Source of the DNA: Desulfobacterales bacterium | Lineage (GTDB): Bacteria; Desulfobacterota; Desulfobacteria; Desulfobacterales; UBA5616 | Length of the DNA: 36,626 bases | NCBI GenBank assembly: GCA_046483495.1 | Contig: JAWODC010000028.1 | Span: 1 to 36,626 of the forward strand | Reading direction: 5' to 3' | Shown: in pieces, positions 28,004-36,626 of the stretch | How the letters are laid out: each line of letters opens with the position of its first letter | Position numbering within the stretch: the stretch's first letter is position 1 | The notes under the pieces: generated by a model | Database searches by the model: none | What the model was told of the DNA's origin: nothing | Seen by the model: only the letters and a program-made list of their open reading frames with translations | Translations under genes and position numbers: made by a program

Positions 28004-30703
28004 TCAGGGACGCCTTTTTGAAAGTTTTCGGGACAAAAGCTTGTCGGCCTCCACCACCACCAGAACCGAGAAAGCCAGACCAAGGCACATGGCAAGTTCA
28101 GTGGGGGATAGCGGCACGGTGCGCAGCAGCCATTCCATTTGGGGTACATAAAGAGCGGCGAGCTGGGCCGTCAGGGCAAGACCCACCGCAATGAAGAGAA
28201 AGGGGTTGTGCAGGTGATTCATGGCGAAAACCGAGCGCCGCAGGGACCGGGAGTTGAAAAGCTGTACAAACTGAAATGTCACCAGGCTGGTCAGGGCCAG
28301 TGTCCGGGCATGCTGGAGGCTTGCCCCCCCACCCAGCGCATGATGAAATAAAAACAGGGTCCCCCCGGCCAGCGTGAGGCCTACCAGGACAATGCGCCGA
28401 AGCAGAACGGACGTCAGGATGCCTTCTTCCGGAGGCCGGGGCGGCTGATCCAGAATTCCGGGTTCCCCTCGTTCAAAAGCCAGCGACACATCCTGGAGGG
28501 CCGATGTTACAAAGTTGAGCCAGATAATCTGGGTAGCATTGAGGGGCAGGGGCATGCCCAGAAACATGGTGCCTAAAATGGCCATGAGAATGCCGATTCC
28601 TCCTCCCAGGAGATAGAGGGTGACTTTCCGGATGTTTTCAAAAACGATGCGGCCCTCTTCAACCGCATGAAAAATCGAAGCAAAATTGTCGTCGACCAGA
28701 ACCATGTCCGAGGCTTCCTTGGCCACATCCGTACCGGTTTTGCCCATGCTGATGCCGATGTGCGCGGCCTTCAGGGCGGGGGCATCGTTGACACCGTCCC
28801 CGGTCATGGCCACAATCTCGCCTCCGGCCATGTAAGCCTGGGCGATACGGAGCTTGTGTCTGGGGGACACCCGGGCAAAAACCGACACCTCTCTTACGTG
28901 CTCCTCCAATTCCGTATCGCTGAAGTTTTCGACTTCACGGCCTGTCAGGGCTTTCGGGTGCTCTCCCCCGATGCCGATCCGGGCTGCAATGGCCGTGGCC
29001 GTTACCATATGGTCGCCGGTGATCATCACCGTTCGGATTCCTGCTTCGGCACAACCCCGAACCGCCTCGGCCGCTTCGGCTCGGGGTGGATCGATGATGG
29101 CGGCCAGACCGGCAAAAGTGACTCCATGGGCAAGCTCTTCGGTGAGGCCTTCAAAAGACAACCCCGGCTGCAGCTCTTTCCAGCCCAGGGCCAAAACCCT
29201 CAGTCCTTCTTTCGCAAGCTGATCGGCTGCGAAAAGCACTTCATCATGGCCGCATTCCACCTGAGACCGTTCCATGGCACAGATATCCAGGAGCTTCTCC
29301 GGTCCGCCTTTGAGAAAGACGATATCCCGGTCATTGTGCTTGTGCAGACTCGCCATATAGCCTCTTTGGGATTCAAAGGGAATGATGGCCGCAGTTGGCC
29401 AGGCTCTGCGCTCCTGTTCGGCATCCAAGCCCGCTTTATAGGCCGCCACAATCAGAGCCGCTTCGGTGGGATCTCCCTTTATCTCATGCCGGTCTCCAAG
29501 CCATTGGATACTGGATTCCGTGCAGAGCAGACCAATGCGAAGGGCCGTTTCCAAATCCGATCCGGGTTCGAACTCGAAATGGGTTCCGGAATCTCTTTCC
29601 GAAAACGTTCCTCTTAATTCATAACCGCTGCCGCTGACATCGAAATAACGGCCCATGGAGAACATTGCCCGAACCGTCATCTCATTCCGTGTCAGGGTGC
29701 CGGTCTTGTCCGTGCAGATCACCGTTGTGGAGCCCAGGGTTTCAACAGCATGGAGCTTTCGAAGAATGGCGTTGCGCCGGACCATTCGGGAAACGCCGAT
29801 GGCCATGGTGATGGTCACCACAACGGGAAGGCCTTCGGGTATGATGGCAACGGCCATGGCCACCGCCGTCATGAACAGGTCCATTGTTTCCATGCCTATG
29901 AAAAACCCGAACCCGAAAACGAAAACCGCAAGTGCCAGAACCGCCAGCCCCAGCCGCCCGGCGAACCGCTCAAAACGCTCCTGGAGTGGCGTTTTGACAA
30001 TGGTCACCGTTCGGACATCTTCCGCAATCTGCCCCATGAGAGTATCTGCACCGGTGGCCGTAACCACCCCCAGTGCCCTGCCGCTCACCACCACCGTGGA
30101 CATATAGGCCAGGTTGGAACGGTCCCCGGGTGGAAGTTCGGGGTCTTCGAGGGGTTTGATATGCTTATCTGCAGGAACCGATTCCCCGGTGAGGGCCGCT
30201 TCTTCAATTTTCAGCTCGGTTGCCGAAAGCAGCCGGATATCCGCCGGCACCCGGTCTCCGGATGCCAGCATCACCACATCGCCGGGTACCAGGGCCTCGC
30301 TGTCGATCTCGTTCTCCCTGCCGTTTCTTAAAACCCATGCCCTGGCTTTGACCAGTTGCTGAAGCGATCGCATGGACCGTTCGGCCCGGAACTCCTGCCA
30401 GAACCCGATGGCCGAGTTGATGATGATGACCGCCAGAATGACCGCTGCGTCCTTGAAATGACCGACAGCGGCCTTGACCGCCACTGCCGTAAAGAGAATG
30501 TAAATCAGCGGATTTTTCACCTGTTCCAATAGGATCTTAAGCCGGCTGATGGGTATCTCCTCGCCCAGTGAGTTGGCTCCGAAAACCGCCATACGCTGTT
30601 CGGCCGTTTTCGGGTCAAGGCCCTGCTCGCTGGTTTCCAGACGCTCCAGCACTTCTTCCGGTGTCATGGTATGCCAGGCAATACCGGAAATGTTTTTTTC
30701 CAT
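28004..30703 (-). CDS. Cation-transporting P-type ATPase (type IIA, Ca2+-ATPase-like)
   Basis: LTGES, IPEGL, DKTGTLT, MITGD, MTGDGVNDAPALK; multiple TM segments. Confidence 0.95.
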   Translation of the reverse strand: MEKNISGIAWHTMTPEEVLERLETSEQGLDPKTAEQRMAVFGANSLGEEIPISRLKILLEQVKNPLIYILFTAVAVKAAVGHFKDAAVILAVIIINSAIGFWQEFRAERSMRSLQQLVKARAWVLRNGRENEIDSEALVPGDVVMLASGDRVPADIRLLSATELKIEEAALTGESVPADKHIKPLEDPELPPGDRSNLAYMSTVVVSGRALGVVTATGADTLMGQIAEDVRTVTIVKTPLQERFERFAGRLGLAVLALAVFVFGFGFFIGMETMDLFMTAVAMAVAIIPEGLPVVVTITMAIGVSRMVRRNAILRKLHAVETLGSTTVICTDKTGTLTRNEMTVRAMFSMGRYFDVSGSGYELRGTFSERDSGTHFEFEPGSDLETALRIGLLCTESSIQWLGDRHEIKGDPTEAALIVAAYKAGLDAEQERRAWPTAAIIPFESQRGYMASLHKHNDRDIVFLKGGPEKLLDICAMERSQVECGHDEVLFAADQLAKEGLRVLALGWKELQPGLSFEGLTEELAHGVTFAGLAAIIDPPRAEAAEAVRGCAEAGIRTVMITGDHMVTATAIAARIGIGGEHPKALTGREVENFSDTELEEHVREVSVFARVSPRHKLRIAQAYMAGGEIVAMTGDGVNDAPALKAAHIGISMGKTGTDVAKEASDMVLVDDNFASIFHAVEEGRIVFENIRKVTLYLLGGGIGILMAILGTMFLGMPLPLNATQIIWLNFVTSALQDVSLAFERGEPGILDQPPRPPEEGILTSVLLRRIVLVGLTLAGGTLFLFHHALGGGASLQHARTLALTSLVTFQFVQLFNSRSLRRSVFAMNHLHNPFLFIAVGLALTAQLAALYVPQMEWLLRTVPLSPTELAMCLGLAFSVLVVVEADKLLSRKLSKRRP

Positions 30704-31143
30704 TACCCCCTCGATTGTTGATCCCTATCCGCCCTGCATTTTTGGAAGGTCGCGGCCGGGAGCCTGTTTTGGGTCTTCAGGTCGGAACAGACCATCAGTA
30801 TTTGGTCTTTCCGGTTCGTATCCGGCTTTGAATAACTCCACAGCATAACGTCTTTTGCAAATTTTAGCAGAGATTGCTTTTTTTTGGCACCGAATAATTG
30901 CATGGGCGACCATTCGCAGCAGCAACTGCTTGTCTTGGGGGCGGCCGGAGGAAGGCTGCTGATTTGCGGATACTCGGCGAAGGCGCTTTTGTCGAGCAGA
31001 CCATTTCCGATCTTGACTCCCCATTGAAAAACAACGTAAGACTATCGGGACAAAAGGATTGACATAAAGAGGCTTGCCGGAAAGGGTCGCTGACCATCCG
31101 GCATCTTCATCGTCGCGCTCCGGTGATCATTTCATTGATTTTA

Positions 31144-31168
31144 TGAATGCTCTGCACGAACGTCCCCT
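31144..31168 (+). repeat. Right-type element end, 25-bp perfect copy of 27955-27979
   Basis: TGAATGCTCTGCACGAACGTCCCCT. Confidence 0.88.
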
Positions 31169-31381
31169 GACGGGTTGCCCAGGATCAGCACATCGATTCC
31201 CTCTTTCTGCATAGACTGCCTGACTTTTTCTGCATTTTTCCTGAAGAAAGAATAGTGCATTTTCCGCTTTCCTCTCTTTTTGAATCGCTTCGAAGCGTTT
31301 CAGTACATATGCCGGGCCGCCCCGGCGCCGTGTCTCGCTTGTTCATTTATATAACCATACATGCCATCGCTGATTCTTTAA

Positions 31382-31430
31382 AGTATTTCGAGGATTAAAA
31401 TTTTCCGGCTAACGAAGAAATGGAGTGAAT
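31382..31430 (-). mobile_element. Partial inverted copy of the 19244-19388 MITE
   Basis: Reverse complement ATTCACTCCATTTCTTCGTTAGCCGGAAAATTTTAATCCTCGAAATACT matches 19266-19314. Confidence 0.65.
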
Positions 31431-31435
31431 CAGGA

Positions 31436-31831
31436 CTACGTCGTTCCATAAAGGCCCCGGCCGAGCATCTTTACCTGCCCCTGTTTTTTCAGCCTGGAGA
31501 TGAGGTTCTGGACTTTCTTACTGTCAAATCCGGTTTTTCTCATTAGTTGTGATTTGCTGATTCCATTTTCTGTCCCTTCAATAATCTTCAGCACTTTGCC
31601 TATCGCCGATTCTTTGGCCGATTTTGCAGATCTGGATTTGCTTTTTTCGGTTTTTTTTGCCGGGGAATGCTTATTAGAGGATTTTTTGACTTTTTCCTTT
31701 GGTCCAGGTTTGGATTTGGTTTCCGGTTCGGATGTTTCCAGCTGGTTGACCACCGCGACCATTCTGTTCAGGATTTCTGCAATCTTTTCCAACTCTTTGT
31801 TTAATTGTCGCAACTCTTTTCTAAAAGTCAT
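31436..31831 (-). CDS. Lys-rich hypothetical protein with a C-terminal winged-HTH-like domain
   Basis: N-terminal coiled coil, K/S-rich linker, VLKII...GISKSQLMRKTGFDSKKVQNLISRLKKQG.V...GRGLY. Confidence 0.7.
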   Translation of the reverse strand: MTFRKELRQLNKELEKIAEILNRMVAVVNQLETSEPETKSKPGPKEKVKKSSNKHSPAKKTEKSKSRSAKSAKESAIGKVLKIIEGTENGISKSQLMRKTGFDSKKVQNLISRLKKQGQVKMLGRGLYGTT

Positions 31832-32105
31832 ATTCAGGTCCTTTCTATATTTGTTTTTTTATATCTCCTTGCACTTGCCCGTCTGAATACAGAAGACTTT
31901 ATTTGTTGGAAGAAACTAACATTTTTTTGTGAGTACCCCCTCCGTTTTTTTTTTACAGAATTGGGAATCATTGGGGATTGAAAATTATGTAGAGAATGAA
32001 TTGGAAATCCTCTTAACATGTGAAGGGAAAATGGACAAATGCTTTTTTTGCGGAGGTTTGGGTATAATTAAAAGCGTCGGGTACAATCTATGCTGACACA
32101 TAATA

Positions 32106-32209
32106 GGGACGTTCGTGCAGAAAGTGCGGAGAACCGGATTTACAAGGCGGGACTTAATTTGGGAATGTTCTGCACGAACGTCCCCAACTAGGACCGTCCC
32201 CAACTAGGA
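32106..32209. mobile_element. Minimal 80-bp element with inverted ends (32106-32185) followed by a tandem duplication
   Basis: GGGACGTTCGTGCAGAA (32106-32122) / TTCTGCACGAACGTCCC (32168-32184) form a perfect 17-bp IR; CGTCCCCAACTAGGA at 32179 and 32195. Confidence 0.8.
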
Positions 32210-35200
32210 ACTGTAAACCACCTCAAGAACCGGCAGTTCCCATTCGTTGGCTTTGATCCATTTTTGAAAGTCTTCATCGGGATCATTGCGATCCCGCCTA
32301 AGCATTGCCACGACCCGAACATCCAGGATGTGATCCAGCCTGTCGATCCATTTGTTCGAACCCTCGTTGGACAATCGGGCCAGGCATGGGCTGTTATGGT
32401 TGTAAACGCCCAATTTCCCGTTGTGCTTGCGCAGCGAAACGGACTGACCTGCCTGCAGCGCAGCCAAATGACGGTGAATGGCGTCCGATTGCGGAAATCG
32501 GGCTGCATAATCCAGGTAGATTTCGTTCAACCCAAGCAGCTCGTATCTTCTTGGGCGGTGCTCTTTGGCATACATTGGTTTTCGGTATGCGAGGGGCAAG
32601 GCAAAATCGCCCTTGATTTCAGGCAAGAACGGGTTGGGTCTTTTCGGGATCCGCAAAATCCGCAATGTTTCCCCGGCCCGTGTAATGCCCACATACATGA
32701 CGCGCCGTTCTTCTTCCCATTGCGGGATGTCGGTGGGCCTGCCCCAGTCCCCGTCGAGAATGAACACATGGGGGAACTCCATGCCCTTGGCCGAATGAAT
32801 GGTGCTTAAGAATACGCCCTGGCCGATCACTTTTTCCCGGCGCTGATCCGATATGAACTCATACAACCGGTCGATGGCCATGCCGGCCGGCAGCATGCTG
32901 TCGACGGTCTCTTCCCGATAGCTTTCCAGGAAAAGGCGAATCAGGTCCAACCATACATTAGTCTCATGCCCCTCCCAAAGCGCACCGATTGCTCTTCTGA
33001 TGTTGCTTGCCCGCAAGTGCTCCTTTTCTCTTTTCTCCAGCCAGTCCAGGGACAGGCGAATCTCCCGCACCCGGTGCAGCGGAAGGGATTCGTCCAGCGT
33101 CATTTTGATCGGATATCCGGCGTCCTCGAAAAGAGCCCTGACAGCAGTTAAAGGTGCTTTGGTTCGGGACAGTACGGCCATATCAGACCAGCCGATCTTC
33201 GGATCGATATCCTTCAAACGATCGATTTCATCTTGAACATAGAGCGCCTGATGATGCATATTCCCAATGGATACGATCTGGACCCGCCCTTTGCTCACCG
33301 GATCCAAATGCTCCCATTTTCCGCCGGGAAGATTCATTTCCCGGTCGCGGTTTATGCGTATGGGATGTGCACCTTTCATTCGGTCCTTATTGGCGCGGAT
33401 CAGGGCGTTCGAAGCGGAAATGATGTGCCTGCCGGAACGGTAGTTTTCGACCAGATAGACTACGTTTTTGCTGTAATCGTCCTGGAACTGCCGAATGAAG
33501 CGGACATTGGCGCCCCGAAAGGTGTAGATGTTCTGGTCGTCGTCGCCGACGGCCAATATGGAAAGGCGGGCATCTTCCTCCGAAAGCGTCCGGCCGGCAA
33601 TCGCCGATACCAGCTGATACTGATCCTCGTCGATGTCCTGATATTCATCCACCAGGATGTGGCTGTAGCCGGCCAGCAGGCGGTCACGGTGTTCGTCCGG
33701 TTCGATGCCGGGGATTTCCGTTTCGCCGTTCAGCAGCTTGACCGCGTCTTTGATGATGCGTTCAAAATCGATCCGGTCTTTGTCGGGCGCTGCAGCCATG
33801 TCGCGAATCGAAATGCCGGCAAGTCGCATGGCAACGCCGTGGTAGGTCGCGACCGTTACGCCTGCGGCCGCCTTTCCCACCAGGGCGTGAAGCCGCTTGC
33901 GAAGCACCATGGCCGAACTGTGATTGAAACAGAGCACAAGGATCTGCCCCGCCGGAACCCGTTCCACCTCCAGAAGATAGGCGCAGCGGTGTGCGATTAC
34001 GGTGGTTTTGCCCGATCCGGGACCGGCCAGAATAAGCATGCTGTCTTCTACGGGACTCCCTACGGCGGATATCTGCACCGGGTTGCGCAAATTTTCAACG
34101 AGGATGCGATAGGATTCAGCAGTGGTGGCTTTTTCCAGCAGCTCGGTTTCTCCATCGAAGTACTTGTTGATGAACTTGACGCGGCCCAGGGCGAAGTAAT
34201 CCAGAACCAACGTGAGCGCACGGGCGATCTTTTCAAGCCCGAGGGTCGCATAGTGCATCATGACGTGAACCTGAAACCGCCGTTCCCGATAGTGAACCGA
34301 AAGGGGCTTGTAATCGCCTTGGTTGTAATAGCGGCCCCGGGCCGTCGGCGCCAGGCGAATGGTCATCGCCTGCCTGAGAATCGCCAACCCGTTCTTCAGC
34401 TCGATCACATGGTGTTCATGGAGGAACAGGAGGGCGCGCTCGATTGCCGGCAAAACCTTTTTGACTTCTACACTCAGAATCAAATCCGATTTGAGGGCGG
34501 CCGACAATTCGTCGCTGGTAAAGGACAGATGAACATCTCCGGTGATTTCAGCGTTGGATTTTGCGGCCTCTTTTTTGGCCGCCTTGATGAGCGTTTGCAG
34601 AATCAGGCGGGCGACGCCCTGCCTCAGCGAAATGGTCTTGAGAATGGTCTGCCAATTGCGTTTCAGCCGGATTTGATACCGGTTCCGATCCACGTGACCG
34701 ATCTCGAAGCTGCCCGTCGATGCTGCAAATCCCTTGCCGTCGTATGATATGCTCTTTATCAACCGCCGCAGGACATCCGGGCCGGCGGTGTATCCCTTGT
34801 TCGTCATCTTTTGATTGAGACGGCGGATGTCCAGCTCCACCCAGTTGCCTTCATCGGCATTGGGGTCCTCGACACGGAGAAGCTCAATGAGCTTGTTTTC
34901 AAGTTCGCACACCGCCTCAAAGGTCTTGGCGGCATTGTTTTTGCCCTTTGGCCGAAAGGTCGCCGACATCATGAGGCCCTGATCCAGCAAACCGGCCTCC
35001 GCCATGTCATGCAGCGCCTTTATCACGATTTGTGCGGCGGTGAGCCCGGCTTCTCGCTCCATTTCCAGCAGCAGCTCTTTTTCCGGAAACAGCGCTTCTG
35101 CAAGTGCATCGGCCCGCAATCCGGTTTTTCGCCCGCTGTTGATGATTTGCTGAAGTATATTGAGCCACAGGCTGCGGGTTTGCGGACTTAAGTTGAACCG

Positions 35201-36462
35201 TTCCATTATGGACGCGGCCTCTTCCAGGGAGTCGACCAGCGGTTTTCCCTGAAAGGCCTCGGTCAAATTCAGGTTGCGCTCCAGAAAGCCTGCCCGCTCC
35301 AGCCATGCAACGGCGGTTCTTATCCTGGTGTCCCTGAATTCGGGTTTCAGGGCCTTCATGTCGGCCAGGTCTTCATCCCGCAGCAGTTCGTCGCCGGTGG
35401 CCACGATTTCGCCGTACGGGTTCTTTTTCTTTCGCCGCAAAGCCCGCAAAATGCGCGCGATTTCCTTCTGTTTTAACTCGGACAATGCCCCCATGGCAAA
35501 TTGCAGATGAATATCCCGGGGATCGTAGAGAAGAATGCAGCGCGCCGGTTTTTGATCCCGTCCCGCGCGTCCGGCCTCCTGAATGTAATTTTCCAGCGAA
35601 CCCGGAATATGGTAGTGCAGGACCAGGCGGATGTTCTCCTTGTCGATTCCCATGCCGAAGGCATTGGTGGCGCATATGACAGGGATTTGGCCGTCCACGA
35701 AACCCTCGATAGTGTCCCGCTTTTCCATGGCATCCAGCCCGCCGTGAAATATTTCTGCAACGTGGCCTTGATGGTGGAGAAAATCCCGTATTTCCTCCGT
35801 TGCATGCCGGGTGGCGGCGTAAACGATGATTCCCCCGGGCTCATCAGCGGTGTCGAGATGTTCTTTGATGAGTTCATGGGTGCGCTCCAGTTTTTCCGCC
35901 GTTGACACCGGAATGACTTCAAACGAGAGGTTTTCCCGCCCCACCCCACCGGCAAAAACCTGCAGTTGCTGTCCGAGCTCCTCACGAAAGTGGGTTTCGA
36001 TTTCATCGATGACGCTCGTTTTCGCGGTGGCGGTAAAACAGCTGATCGGCGGCGCCGGCAAACCCTGTTCCTTGGCGAATTCCCGGATAAAGCGGGCGGC
36101 GTAAAGATAATCCGGCCTGAAATCATGTCCCCACTTGGACAGGCAATGCGCTTCATCGAATACCCAGCAGCCGATCTCGCGCTGGTTGAGAATGTTTCGA
36201 ACGCCGGTGCTCCGAAGCTGCTCAGGCGACATGTACAGGATTGCGGTGTCCCCCAAACGGACCCGTTCGAAAACCTCGCCGCGTTAGGGCAGACTTTGCA
36301 GTCCGGAAATCGCCTCGGCAAACAGCGTGCCGGTCTTTCCGCCCAGGTTCTCCACCCGATCCTTCATCAGGGCCTGCAACGGCGAGATCACGATTGTCAA
36401 TACCCCGCGCCGCCGATACCGCACAAGGGCCGGCAGCTGGTAGCAAAGCGATTTGCCGCCGC
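32204..36462 (-). pseudogene. RecQ-family helicase fused to a UvrD/Rep helicase; 5'-truncated, with an in-frame TAA at 36284-36286
   Basis: [57 protein letters not shown]; then AGPGSGKT, LVDEYQD, VGDDDQNIY.FRGA, TIHSAKGMEF, EERR.MYVGITRA. ORFs 36284-36472 and 32204-36256 share one frame. Confidence 0.88.
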
Positions 36463-36626
36463 ATTGTTTCAATCCACTCTTCTTTTCTAATAGCAGCAGA
36501 GCCTATAACTATAGCTTTAGCACCACACTTTAATAATCTATTCGCATATTCATAGCTGTTTATCCCGCCTGCAACTTGTAATTTATTGGGAAACTGTTTG
36601 ACAAGATTTATCAACAAGTTCCTATT
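36463..36626 (-). other. AT-rich fragment of a HisA/HisF-type TIM-barrel gene abutting recQ
   Basis: [32 protein letters not shown] pattern; abrupt drop in GC content. Confidence 0.7.

Noticed and set aside
30990..31030. yybP-ykoY riboswitch suggested by GGGGAGT on the minus strand
   Set aside because: The other conserved elements are not found at a suitable spacing.
27971..32209. CRISPR array from the ACGTCCCC-containing repeats
   Set aside because: Only two 16-bp tandem units per site, with identical rather than unique spacers, dispersed copies and no cas genes.
33233..34747. 504-aa plus-strand ORF, and similar long antisense ORFs over katG, the ATPase and the flavodoxin gene
   Set aside because: Shadow ORFs of GC-rich genes with no recognisable motifs.
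36256..36321. Programmed frameshift in recQ
   Set aside because: The two recQ ORFs are in the same frame, separated by a TAA; no shift is needed.

Overview
This 36.6 kb window is an accessory, heavily remodelled region. Gene and repeat style suggest an anaerobic Desulfobacterota-like bacterium (inference). It mixes a few metabolic genes (DmsA/DmsB-like molybdoenzyme, old-yellow-enzyme oxidoreductase, serine hydrolase, katG, GNATs, flavodoxin-ferredoxin, P-type ATPase) with many toxin/defence genes: two Fic proteins, AAA-DUF4143, a DUF6036-like NTase pair, yefM-yoeB, SBD-HNH, a RelE-like protein, YajD HNH, HipAB, HepT/MntA and a RecQ-UvrD fusion. At least six genes are pseudogenes or fragments. 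The most striking non-coding signal is a family of oriented element ends (GGGACGTTCGTGCAGA / TCTGCACGAACGTCCCC). They occur once as an empty 80-bp element and also bracket kb-sized cargo, and two ends carry 16-bp tandem duplications. A RAYT/Y1-type transposase tail and two RAYT-like 5' remnants lie in the same window. There is also a decayed integron cassette cluster without integrase, a 145-bp MITE, and an abrupt recQ/hisA-like junction at the right edge. All family assignments come from motif recognition only; no searches were run.
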